Below the pieces are notes generated by a model, which saw only the letters and a list, made by a program, of their open reading frames with translations, did no database searches and was not told where the DNA came from. Position numbers and translations under genes: made by a program. This document shows positions 10,038-19,724 of a stretch of 64,000 nt of DNA, one piece after another. How positions within the stretch are numbered: position 1 is the first letter of the stretch; each line of letters starts with the position of its first letter. This DNA is from Wickerhamiella versatilis (lineage: Eukaryota): assembly GCA_030867685.1 (NCBI GenBank), contig JAQOWU010000008.1, forward strand, positions 2,914,001 through 2,978,000. Reading direction: 5' to 3'.

Positions 10038-11051
10038 TTAATAATTATTTCTTTCTTGAAGACTTATTACGACACAAGGAGCAAAACCACTTTTTTTCCC
10101 GGTTGGTTCTTTTTTGATGCCGATACATTTCATGTGATACCATTCTACAGGGCACTTTAGGTTGTCGCATCCAATCATGTCTAGAGGTGATGGATCATCA
10201 CAAATGCACCACTTATTCTTTTGTCGTTTACGTTCATGAGAGGGTGCTGGCTGCTTTCGCTTTTTGCTTTCTTTCACTAGAGATAATGTTGAATTATCTT
10301 CGTCCCCTCCAATGGCGGTTGCTTTATTATGCCTTGACCGCAACACCCTACGGGTACTTTTGCTATTAGAATCTTGTGTGCTTGTACTAGAAGTTTCTGG
10401 TATTGACTCATTAGTGTTCTCCTGCGTTTGAGGCGATGGACTGTTTCTCCTTCCTGTATTCTCCTCAGGCTCTTGAGGGCTCTGTGATGGATTTGATACT
10501 TGACTTATCCCCTCAGTAACATCTAAGGGATGGTTCTGATTCTGATTCTGGTCGTTATGCACATTATCTGGGGAGGCGCTGGTATTATCCTGCTGTGGAG
10601 AATGGGGTACTTCGGATATGCCAGCTTGATTCTCTATTTCAGGAGTAGTTCCTCTGCTCGGCACTGATGTCCCTAAATTCTCTTGTGGAACTACGTTCTG
10701 CTCCAAATTGGCCGATTCTGAAGGCTGCAGTGAAGGTGCATTGGCGGTATCGGTTTCGTGAAGCTGTGGTTCTCCCTGCTCAATATCCTGCTGCACAAGC
10801 ATTGATCGAGCTTGAAGAGATTGAGCCTTGAAATAGTCTTCTAAAAAGTTTAGCTCAGCCACACCATCGAAAAGGCACTGCTTGGGGTCACAAACACTTG
10901 TTTTTGATGAATGCAGCTGCGCCCACCCTTGTGATTGTAGTAAAGCATCAAATTTCTGTAACTTGGTTTCAAGTGCCGGTGAAGAAGTCAACAGTGACCT
11001 CACCGTAGAAATTGAGGTCACCATTTCGCGTCCTAGCTGTTCTGCGTCCAT
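10038..11051 (-). CDS. ING-type PHD finger protein, apparently frameshifted near its 3' end
   Basis: WCICDDPSPLDMIGCDNLKCPVEWYHMKCIG is an ING-type PHD. The last CxxC (WFCSLC) lies in another frame after an A7 run. Confidence 0.7.
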   Translation of the reverse strand: MDAEQLGREMVTSISTVRSLLTSSPALETKLQKFDALLQSQGWAQLHSSKTSVCDPKQCLFDGVAELNFLEDYFKAQSLQARSMLVQQDIEQGEPQLHETDTANAPSLQPSESANLEQNVVPQENLGTSVPSRGTTPEIENQAGISEVPHSPQQDNTSASPDNVHNDQNQNQNHPLDVTEGISQVSNPSQSPQEPEENTGRRNSPSPQTQENTNESIPETSSTSTQDSNSKSTRRVLRSRHNKATAIGGDEDNSTLSLVKESKKRKQPAPSHERKRQKNKWCICDDPSPLDMIGCDNLKCPVEWYHMKCIGIKKEPTGKKSGFAPCVVISLQERNNY

Positions 11052-11169
11052 GTAGGACAGCAGATATATATGTTCTTACTAACGCAATATCAAGATTCTT
11101 AGTGTTTAAGCAGAGGGAGAGACAATGGGATCTTATAGAAAATCCTGGGTAGCCTTAAATATATAATTT

Positions 11170-12303
11170 CTAGTTTGAATGACTGACTTTGGTATTGGGG
11201 TCCTTATAAACCCTGTCCTTAGCATCAAGGTAGTTACGTAGGCATGAATTTTCGTGCCAAGCATATTTTCGATCGCCCCACTTACCTTGTTCATCAGAGC
11301 AGTCACAGTCCAACTCAAGAACACCTTGATCAGTTGGACAATGTCCATAAGGGTCATGGAAATATCCAATTTCATTGAAGAAATGAATTTGTCTCCTATC
11401 TAAAAATAAAGAAGCCGCAATAGAATGTACAGGTGCGTCTCCCCAACGTTCATAAAAAAAGCCACCACTCTTATCAAGAAAATTGAAATAATCCTGATAT
11501 TTCTTACCGCGCCAGAAGTCCATGTCAGCTATCTCGAAGTTTGACCAAAAATGACAGGTATTATAAGTCTGACCTCCGTCATCTGTAAGAAACTCCTGTA
11601 AGTTATTTTCTGCAAGATAATCAGGGTGCTTTTTGACAAACTCCTGTGTTACATTCCACAAGGACCTTATAGAATCAGGTATATCCTTTGGTGCGACAGT
11701 CCACCCGTATGTATAATTGTTCTGACGCATGGTCGCGAAAACATCATTGCGAAGATTGCATAAAATCTTGATATCGGGCTCAACTCGCCAATAATATCTG
11801 TATTTTTGGAGAAGAGGGTGTTCAAAGAAAAATCCTGATTGGAACCGGCACATATGATGGTAAGATTCCATATCTCCATATCTCACATCGTGCTCCTTCA
11901 TCCACTTTCTTGTATCTGCCGCTTTCCCCAGATCAATCCATTCTGGATAACTCCAATGCTCATGTGGTACAAGACCAAAATTCAGATTACTAGACACAGC
12001 GTCAGTAACCTTCGCTTTAAATTCATCGGTGAAGGGTACATCATTTAAGAATACCCATGGGTAATGAAACTTATTGTTAAATTTTTCCTCGACACTTTTG
12101 ATACTTCCTAATATCCCCTTTAGGTCTGAGTTGCGACACAGAACTACAAATGCTGCATTTTCCCTTCGGGTTGCGTCCTGTATTTTTGTGATCTGTTGAT
12201 CTATCACTTGTCTCGTATCCAGCTTAAGCGAAAAAAATCCAACAATGAGAAACGCTGCTAACAGCAATGCCGCTAGCAGTGCTCTTTTACCTCGGCGAAA
12301 CAT
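11170..12303 (-). CDS. Alpha-1,2-mannosyltransferase, GT15 (Kre2/Ktr family)
   Basis: Type II anchor after MFRRGKR. Motifs ENAAFVVLCRN, YPWVFLND, SYHHMCRFQSGFF, YYWRVEP, CHFWSNFEI, FFYERWGDAPVHS. First ATG at 12303. Confidence 0.92.
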   Translation of the reverse strand: MFRRGKRALLAALLLAAFLIVGFFSLKLDTRQVIDQQITKIQDATRRENAAFVVLCRNSDLKGILGSIKSVEEKFNNKFHYPWVFLNDVPFTDEFKAKVTDAVSSNLNFGLVPHEHWSYPEWIDLGKAADTRKWMKEHDVRYGDMESYHHMCRFQSGFFFEHPLLQKYRYYWRVEPDIKILCNLRNDVFATMRQNNYTYGWTVAPKDIPDSIRSLWNVTQEFVKKHPDYLAENNLQEFLTDDGGQTYNTCHFWSNFEIADMDFWRGKKYQDYFNFLDKSGGFFYERWGDAPVHSIAASLFLDRRQIHFFNEIGYFHDPYGHCPTDQGVLELDCDCSDEQGKWGDRKYAWHENSCLRNYLDAKDRVYKDPNTKVSHSN

Positions 12304-12917
12304 GTATGAATGATAGACCGGGTTATTAAGACAAATATGCTGTGCCACCCTTATATTTAGAGACGCGTCGAACTCGGTGGTGGTATCCTCACGAGTATTT
12401 AAAGTGGAGGACGATGCTTTTTTGCATAAGGTTGTGCATTTTTTTAATGTGTTTTGGCCAAGCCTCAGTAAACGGCTATTGCTTTTCAAATTTCACTTGG
12501 CTACATATAACTATTTTTACGACAAGAATAATATTAAACTAGGCATCGGAACTTTCGACAATTACCAACACTTAATTCCATTTAAAAGTCGGTGTTCGTT
12601 GAATGAGGTTGATTAGCAGTTGTTCTTTCATTCGTAATTTAAAACTACTGGTATCATGGCTTAAGTACCTAGCCAATGCATTTTACGAAGTTGTTTTTAC
12701 GTGCATAGGAATCTGATGTGTATCTTTAGACGCTCATTTACTAATTTTACAGGTATGTAGAGAAGGTAGGGGATCGCTACCATATTTTCAGAATATCACT
12801 GTATTGGCCACCAAAGGCCAATTATTCAGTTTTGTGCTTCGAGGAATTGCGTCATCGCTTTCAGTCCCAGGTCAGCTTCGCTCTTATAATCTTGATGATC
12901 GCTCTTCTGCTGAACTA

Positions 12918-14861
12918 ATGCTCCGACGGCCACTTATGCGGCTGTCCCTGCCTGGGCAGCGTAATTTTCTGCCAACCAGTTGTCTTCTGCGTCGTACTGT
13001 TAGCAGCAAATCGTCGGGTCTTGAAAGTGTTCCTAAAAACGAGACCAAGACTCATACATTTATTCTGCGCAATCTAAGCAAATACATCTGGCCTCGCAAC
13101 AATTGGAAAGCTCGTGCCCGCGTTATATCGGCTCTAGCGCTTCTTGTAGGGTCAAAGCTACTTAATGTTGAGGTTCCATTTCTCTTTCGAGATGTCGTTG
13201 ATGCAATGAATATTGACTGGTCTCAGGTTAGTACAGGCACTCAGTTTGTCACTTCCTTAGTAGTGGCTTATGGGTTAGCACGATTTGGTGCAACATTTTT
13301 TGGGGAGCTACGCAATGCAATTTTTGCAACGGTTGCTCAAAAAGCTATAAGACAAGTCTCGCGTCAAACGTTTGACCATTTAATGAAGCTGGAGCAACCA
13401 TTTCACTTGACCCATTCCACTGGCCAGCTCACAAGAGCTATGGACCGTGGTTGTAAAGGTATCTCCTACGTTCTTACGGCGATGGTTCTTCATATAGTTC
13501 CGCTCACATTCGAAGTCTCGCTGGTTAGTGGGGTATTGAGCTACAAGTTCGGTTTCCCCTTCGCAGCTGTTACGCTAGCTACAATGACTGCTTATGCCCT
13601 ATTCACGTTTCAAACTACTGCGTGGCGTACAAAGTTCAGAAGGGCGGCAAATCGTGCAGATAATGTTGCATCTGGGGTCGCCACAGAGACTCTAGTGAAT
13701 ATGGAGAGTGTATCGCTCTTCGGAAATGAGAAAGCACAACTTGCCAAGTACGATAAAGCTTTGAAACAATACGAAGGTTCATCAATAAAAATTGCAACTT
13801 CATTAAGCTTCTTGAATAGCGGCCAGAATCTAATATTTTCCACTGCATTGACGGCCATGATGTATATGACATGTCAGGGCATAACTGGTGGAGGTCTAAG
13901 TGTTGGTGATCTCATATTGGTCAATCAGCTAGTTTTCCAACTCAGCATGCCCCTTAATTTTCTAGGGAGTGTTTACCGCGATCTCAAGCAGGCACTCCTT
14001 GATATGGAGTCATTGTTTCACTTCCAAAATTGGCCCATAGGTATCAAGGATAGTCCTGAATCAAAACCATTAAATGTGACAGGCGGAGAAATTGTTTTTG
14101 AGAATGTGACGTTTGGCTATCGTCCTGGCGTGCCGATATTGAACAACGTCTCCTTTAAAATTCCTGCTGGAACTAGCGTTGCATTCGTAGGCCCCTCTGG
14201 CTCTGGAAAGTCAACTATTTTAAGGCTCCTCTTCCGTTTCTTTGAACCTGAGTCTGGTCGTATATTGATTGATGGACAGGATATTCGTACAGTGACATTA
14301 GAGACACTAAGGTCCGCTGTTGGTGTGGTTCCTCAAGACACTCCGCTTTTTAATGATACTATCTTCTACAATGTGAGGTTTGGCAGGCTCTCAGCTACGG
14401 ATGACGAAGTTCGCCATGCGGTTACAAAGGCATCTCTTAACGGATTGATAGAAAGATTACCAGATGGATATGAAACCACAGTTGGTGAGCGTGGACTGAT
14501 GCTCTCTGGAGGAGAGAGGCAGAGGTTAGCCGTAGCTAGAGTTCTGCTAAAGCATGCTCCTATCTCGTTTTTTGATGAGGCTACTTCCGCGCTTGACACA
14601 GAAACTGAGCGTGCCATACTTGCGAACATTCACAGAAATATTGAAGAGCTCGGCGGAACAGCGGTATTTGTTGCACATCGCCTCCGCACTGTTGCAAATA
14701 CTAACAAAATTATTGTTCTTCGTGACGGCAGTGTTTATGAGGAGGGATCTCACAGGGCTCTTTTGAGCAGACCTCATTCTCTTTACGCAGCAATGTGGCA
14801 TTCTCAAGAGGAATTTGATGCAGAGAATAGCGATAAGGGTAAAGAGAAGTCGTCGAATTAA
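12918..14861 (+). CDS. ATM1: Mitochondrial ABC transporter Atm1 (ABCB7)
   Basis: Arg-rich presequence, [28 protein letters not shown], Walker [10 protein letters not shown], signature [16 protein letters not shown]. Confidence 0.95.
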   Translation: MLRRPLMRLSLPGQRNFLPTSCLLRRTVSSKSSGLESVPKNETKTHTFILRNLSKYIWPRNNWKARARVISALALLVGSKLLNVEVPFLFRDVVDAMNIDWSQVSTGTQFVTSLVVAYGLARFGATFFGELRNAIFATVAQKAIRQVSRQTFDHLMKLEQPFHLTHSTGQLTRAMDRGCKGISYVLTAMVLHIVPLTFEVSLVSGVLSYKFGFPFAAVTLATMTAYALFTFQTTAWRTKFRRAANRADNVASGVATETLVNMESVSLFGNEKAQLAKYDKALKQYEGSSIKIATSLSFLNSGQNLIFSTALTAMMYMTCQGITGGGLSVGDLILVNQLVFQLSMPLNFLGSVYRDLKQALLDMESLFHFQNWPIGIKDSPESKPLNVTGGEIVFENVTFGYRPGVPILNNVSFKIPAGTSVAFVGPSGSGKSTILRLLFRFFEPESGRILIDGQDIRTVTLETLRSAVGVVPQDTPLFNDTIFYNVRFGRLSATDDEVRHAVTKASLNGLIERLPDGYETTVGERGLMLSGGERQRLAVARVLLKHAPISFFDEATSALDTETERAILANIHRNIEELGGTAVFVAHRLRTVANTNKIIVLRDGSVYEEGSHRALLSRPHSLYAAMWHSQEEFDAENSDKGKEKSSN

Positions 14862-14967
14862 TCTCTTTACACAGTGCAGCATGCTATTTTTTCCGGAATC
14901 GAAAATTATATTAACTACTTATGGATTAGCTATACCTGGTCTTGAAATAGGGTTAGTTGAAATATGA

Positions 14968-16089
14968 TCAAACAAGGAATGCGAGTATACCAATAACTCC
15001 TGCACTAATACCTGAGAGAACAGGTGCGGCCTGATTTTTGCTATGTTTAGCCGAATGGGTATGAGAATGGGTGTGAGAGTGTTTGTGTGATTCAGTGGAG
15101 TTGTGATGGTGGTGTGATGAATGTGCCTTTGTGTGGTGCGAAGATGTTTCCGTGGACTCAGCGGCATGATTGTCAGTGGTTGCCGTTTCATGATGTTCCC
15201 CGGTGTGTGTCCTCTCATGCTCACCGGAATTAGAATTGTGGCTATGGTGCTCACCACTTGCTGTAGGCTCGCTACTAGCCGTAGGTTCACCGCTTGCTGT
15301 GGACTCAGCATTTTCTACTGAGCTCTCTTGACCCTGTGATTGTTTTTCGTGAACATTGGAAGAAGGGTCTCTAATTGCTCCTGTGTTTGCATTACTACTT
15401 CCGGAGCCAGCACCAGCACCAGCACCGACACCAGCGCTAGCACCAGCACCGGTACCAGCACCAGCACCAGCACCAGCACCAGCACCAGCACCAGCAACTC
15501 CTCCTTCACTAGAACGAGCAGAACAGCCAGTTGGGACCACCGGGGCATCTACGGGGACGCTCACTGAGTATGCAGTGCCTGCCTCTTGGAAAGCATGCTG
15601 TAGGGATGAGACAACATTAGATGCAGAGCTTACGGCTGAACATGGAGCGTCGGAGGGCAACTTTTGGATAAGTGCAGACTGCACTGATACAGCTGGGGAA
15701 GCAAGCTTGCTAACATCTTCACCGACTGCCTGCTGGGCACCAACGCTTTGGAATTCACTTGATTTCTCAGTCAAAGTATCAAGCAGGGAAACAATATTAG
15801 AACTCAAGCCGCTCAAGTGGTTCAAGTATTCGTTAGTATCTGAAGGCGAACCGGGAGCCAACTGACCTGCGGCACTATTTAGCTCGTCAATTTGTGAATT
15901 GAATGGTTCGAAGTCCTGTTGGAGTCTTAAGGCACTTTGTAAACCTTGTTCAGGGCTCCATTGTTGTGCATGGCTCTGTATCTGTTGGCCTTGTGAGTTT
16001 ACTTGCTGAATGAGGGAGATGAAACGTTGGTCAACTTCACCAGCTACGAGGGATAGTGTTACAAGCGTAGCAAAAAGTACACAGCTCAT
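14968..16089 (-). CDS. Secreted, probably GPI-anchored cell-wall protein: HsbA/Mp1-like helical domain, GA repeat, His-rich tail
   Basis: N-terminal signal peptide and C-terminal hydrophobic GPI-like signal (SKNQAAPVLSGISAGVIGILAFLV). Motif IVSLLDTLTEKSSEFQSVG resembles HsbA domains; that family call is tentative. Confidence 0.7.
   Translation of the reverse strand: MSCVLFATLVTLSLVAGEVDQRFISLIQQVNSQGQQIQSHAQQWSPEQGLQSALRLQQDFEPFNSQIDELNSAAGQLAPGSPSDTNEYLNHLSGLSSNIVSLLDTLTEKSSEFQSVGAQQAVGEDVSKLASPAVSVQSALIQKLPSDAPCSAVSSASNVVSSLQHAFQEAGTAYSVSVPVDAPVVPTGCSARSSEGGVAGAGAGAGAGAGAGTGAGASAGVGAGAGAGSGSSNANTGAIRDPSSNVHEKQSQGQESSVENAESTASGEPTASSEPTASGEHHSHNSNSGEHERTHTGEHHETATTDNHAAESTETSSHHTKAHSSHHHHNSTESHKHSHTHSHTHSAKHSKNQAAPVLSGISAGVIGILAFLV
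15403..15496 (-). repeat. Hexanucleotide coding repeat (GCTGGT)n encoding (GA)n
   Basis: ccagca repeats on the + strand; protein AGAGAGAGAGAGTGAGASAGVGAGAGAGSG. Confidence 0.92.
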
Positions 16090-16651
16090 TATTCCAACTT
16101 AATTTTAGGGCAGATGTATCCAAAGGCCTCTTTAAGACTGAATGAAACCTAACCACGGTGGTGCTGCCAGGGACGCATATGTCTTCTTTGCCGACTGAGT
16201 CTGCAAAAGCTTAAATATGATCAGCAATAGAGAGTTAAATAACCTTTATATCAGAACATATTAAAAGAGAGAGATTTGTGGATGCATTTATCAGTTTTAT
16301 CAAATCTGCATCTTTGTTAAATCGTCACATCAGTGATATCGCAGCTAGGCATATATGCCTGATATAGTGAAATGACTTAGAAAAAGTTTTTAATTGTGTT
16401 TGAAAAGGATATGTGAAGATAAAATATCTATATAGTGATACCGGTGCGAACTTAGCGCATTTGAAATTTATATAGGAGGTATCAATCATACATAGATTAT
16501 ATTCATTACGAACGAATGCCCCGAATAAACATGGTCGTTGGATTCAGAAAATATATAGTAATACTATCTAGTATATGTCTTTTTTTTTAAAAAAAAGTAA
16601 TATCACATATTGGTGACTCGAGGACTTATTCTACTTTCTATTAAGCCCCGC

Positions 16652-17521
16652 TCACGCCACTAATGCAACAATAGCAGCAGCAGCCGCAATTATTCCTACA
16701 GCGAGTTTGGGATAGCCATTTGCCTGGGGAAGAGCGCTATAATTTCCGCTGAAATTACCAGGTGCCTGGGGCGGAATCTCTCCAGATGCCTGGAGTGGCA
16801 TGTTGCCAGTTGTCTGGGTCGGCATATTTCCAGGAGATCCTCCAGCATCAGCCGGCGATCCAGAATTAGGAGCCCCACTAGCTTGAGGATTCGAGCCATC
16901 ACCTTCTGGCATCGCACTCTGAGAAGGAGCATCACTAGCAGCACTTGGAGCAGACCCACCATTTTCCGGAGAACTGGCGGGTTCAGAATTGTCCTGACCA
17001 TCCACTGAAATTGTCGGAAAGCTTGGAGGAGGGAGACCATAGGCACTGTCGGCACTTAAAAAAGAAGATCGGAAAGAGTCAAGCGCAGGCGTATAACTAG
17101 CAATCTGATCTTTAGCAGAGTTTGTCACTACACTTACGAGCCCCGAAACAAGATGTTCCGCAGGTTGCTGCATAGACCTGATATCATTTCCTACAATATC
17201 ATGCGCGCCCACACCTTGAAATTCAGAGGATTTTTCAGTCAACGCATTGAGCAGTCCAACAATTGAAGAACTTAGAGCATTGATTGAGCTGGGTGGTATC
17301 TGGTCAACTGAAAGTTGGTCGATGTCACCATCCAACTTGTTTACAGCTTCGACAAAGGATGGAAAACTTTGCTGGATGGACAGAGCTCCCTCAAGACCTT
17401 GAGATGAATGCCAGGCCTGGACCAAATGGCCAAGATTTGAGGCCAATTGAATTACCTGGGGACTATCACCCTTGAAGTCGGCAAGGGCGACGCCAGCTAA
17501 GATGTAGTAAAGAGCAAGCAT
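16652..17521 (-). CDS. Tandem paralog of 14968-16089: secreted/GPI HsbA/Mp1-like protein
   Basis: Signal peptide. Shares QGLxxALxxQQxF and LSSxIVxLLxxLTEKSSEFQxVGA with its neighbour. S/P/G-rich stalk, hydrophobic C-terminus. Confidence 0.7.
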   Translation of the reverse strand: MLALYYILAGVALADFKGDSPQVIQLASNLGHLVQAWHSSQGLEGALSIQQSFPSFVEAVNKLDGDIDQLSVDQIPPSSINALSSSIVGLLNALTEKSSEFQGVGAHDIVGNDIRSMQQPAEHLVSGLVSVVTNSAKDQIASYTPALDSFRSSFLSADSAYGLPPPSFPTISVDGQDNSEPASSPENGGSAPSAASDAPSQSAMPEGDGSNPQASGAPNSGSPADAGGSPGNMPTQTTGNMPLQASGEIPPQAPGNFSGNYSALPQANGYPKLAVGIIAAAAAIVALVA

Positions 17522-17771
17522 TAGAATAAGGCTTTAGCTAGAATATGCCGCGCCTTTGCTGCTTATATTGCTGAGCCAAAAGGAATAGCAGTATCGTAAA
17601 CCTTACTCAAATGAATAACTCTAAAAGAGAAAGTTAACATTGCTATTTTCAAAAAAAGTATGGCGCATGCGGAAATTAAACAAGAAAGTTTATAATAGCA
17701 GGTTCATTCACTAGTGGACAAAGAACCGAGAAACTTTTTCTCTAGTTTCAACCCTAACACGAGGAGTAGCC

Positions 17772-18779
17772 TTAGAAGGAATTTCGTTTCTGCCAAACTC
17801 TAATACTAGAGTCTAGGGCTCCACATATCAGCAAGGTTTTTGAGCGGTCAACATCTAAACAAAGCAATTCGGCATCATCACGATGCATGAGAGGCTTCAC
17901 TGCCTGAGAACCAAGCTTTTTTCCTGTAAAATAGTTCCATAGTGCTAGATTATTGCCAACACCAAGCAAATTGTTACCATCTATTAGTATAGCATTGGCT
18001 GCTTCGTGTTCAAAGTCAGTAAGGGGTTCGGCATCAGGCAGCCTATATTGTCTAATTAGACCTTTAGAGCAAGCAACAAAGGATAACTCTTCAGGATGAA
18101 CACACAAACTACGTATACCCTTTGTGTGGTCAGTGGCCATAGCGCTGGTTTTACCTGTCTTTAGGTCCCAAAGCCTAACAGTGGCATCATCAGAGCCACT
18201 AAGAATTTGAGGTTCAATATTCTGCGTGGCAAGCGATGAAATAGATGACTTGTGGCCTTGTAAAGTCCAGACTGGCCTTCGACTTCGAACGTCCCATACT
18301 CGTACAGCTGAATCTCTTCCTCCTGTGACCAGCAAATCAAGTGTTGGATGTACAGATATACTATAAACACCGCTTAGACTGCCATGAAAATTTCTGACAA
18401 CGCTATTCGTCTCCAGATCCCAGCATTTTACTTCCTTGTCTTCACTAGCACTGTATAAATAAGGATGTCGCTCAGAAGTTGCAAGATCCCTGACACCAAG
18501 CCTGTGACCAGTTAAAGTCAATTTAAGGGCTCCTGTTACAAGATTCCATAGCTTTATGGTGGAATCTTGTGAACCCGTCGCGTACCATTGGTTCTCAGGA
18601 TCCATAGCTATGCAGTTTACCCATCCATGATGACCTGTGATTATTCGTACCAAATTCCATGAAATATGCTCATTATCCTCATTACCCTCATTACTCTCGT
18701 CACCAAGCTCTCTGCTGCTTTTTTCCTCTAAGTAGCTCGCCTCTAGTACCTTTCTTCTAACATCACGTGCATATTCCAT
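17772..18779 (-). CDS. PRP46: WD40 splicing factor Prp46/PLRG1
   Basis: WNLVRIITGHHGWV, TGALKLTLTGH, SERHPYLYSASEDKEVKCWDLETN, HGSLSGVY..HPTLD. Start taken at MEYARD (uncertain). Confidence 0.9.
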   Translation of the reverse strand: MEYARDVRRKVLEASYLEEKSSRELGDESNEGNEDNEHISWNLVRIITGHHGWVNCIAMDPENQWYATGSQDSTIKLWNLVTGALKLTLTGHRLGVRDLATSERHPYLYSASEDKEVKCWDLETNSVVRNFHGSLSGVYSISVHPTLDLLVTGGRDSAVRVWDVRSRRPVWTLQGHKSSISSLATQNIEPQILSGSDDATVRLWDLKTGKTSAMATDHTKGIRSLCVHPEELSFVACSKGLIRQYRLPDAEPLTDFEHEAANAILIDGNNLLGVGNNLALWNYFTGKKLGSQAVKPLMHRDDAELLCLDVDRSKTLLICGALDSSIRVWQKRNSF

Positions 18780-18787
18780 AAGCAAGC

Positions 18788-19633
18788 ATGCCTGGTCCAG
18801 TTCCTCGTGGTGGAGGCCCCCTAGGTGGGGTTGTACTGCCATTCTTGGCACTTTATCTTGCTCAACAGAGTATTTATGACGTCGGTGGTGGCTCAAGGGC
18901 TGTGATATTTGACCGGCTGAGCGGTGTCAAACGTGAAATTATAGGTGAAGGTACCCATTTTCTTCTGCCTTGGGTTCAACGTGCTATTCTGTTTGATGTT
19001 CGTACGCGCCCGCGTATCATTACTGCTACAACAGGTTCGAAGGATTTGCAAATGGTTTCGCTGTCTTTGCGTGTTCTTCATCGGCCGGACATCCAGCGCT
19101 TGCCACAGATATATCAATCGCTGGGACTCGACTATGATGAACGTGTGCTTCCGAGTATTGGAAATGAGGTTTTGAAGAGTATTGTTGCGCAATTTGATGC
19201 GGCAGAGCTGATCACTCAACGTGAGCTTGTCAGTAAAAAGATTCAAACAGACTTACGCCAAAGAGCTTCAGAATTCGGTCTGGAGCTTGAGGACGTATCT
19301 ATAACGCATCTCACTTTTGGACGTGAGTTCACGAAGGCAGTTGAGCAAAAACAGATAGCTCAGCAAGATGCAGAACGTGCGCAATATTTGGTGCAACGTG
19401 CTGAGCAAGAACGACAGGCAGCCGTAATTAGAGCTGAGGGTGAAGCAGGAGCAGCAGAGACAATCTCCAAGGCTCTCTCTAAGTCTGGTGATGGCCTACT
19501 GACTGTAAGAAGGCTTGATGCGGCTCGTGATATAGCATCTACCTTCGCAGAGTCAGGCTCGAATGTAACCTATGTACCTTCGGGTTCAAATGACAAAGGA
19601 TCATCCAACCTATTCTTAAATGTCGGCCGCTAA
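18788..19633 (+). CDS. PHB1: Prohibitin 1
   Basis: YDVGGGSRAVIFDRLSGV, TGSKDLQMV, LGLDYDERVLPSIGNEVLK, AVEQKQIAQQDAERA. Confidence 0.95.
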   Translation: MPGPVPRGGGPLGGVVLPFLALYLAQQSIYDVGGGSRAVIFDRLSGVKREIIGEGTHFLLPWVQRAILFDVRTRPRIITATTGSKDLQMVSLSLRVLHRPDIQRLPQIYQSLGLDYDERVLPSIGNEVLKSIVAQFDAAELITQRELVSKKIQTDLRQRASEFGLELEDVSITHLTFGREFTKAVEQKQIAQQDAERAQYLVQRAEQERQAAVIRAEGEAGAAETISKALSKSGDGLLTVRRLDAARDIASTFAESGSNVTYVPSGSNDKGSSNLFLNVGR

Positions 19634-19724
19634 ACATTTAGTGTATATAGTATGAACATATAGCGCAAACATGGTACTTAACTTTCTTGCTATATAATTC
19701 CAAGGGACTCTACTTTATGACGTA

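Noticed and set aside
15356..15865. 169-aa PAPAPA ORF on the + strand
   Set aside because: Antisense shadow of the GA repeat in the cell-wall gene.
16579..16597. C-T9-A8-G near-palindrome
   Set aside because: Low-complexity AT tract in a 3' region, with no transposon-like ends or target duplication.
18780..18896. N-terminal extension of PRP46 overlapping PHB1
   Set aside because: Non-ATG start and no recognisable Prp46 similarity. Probably just an open antisense frame.
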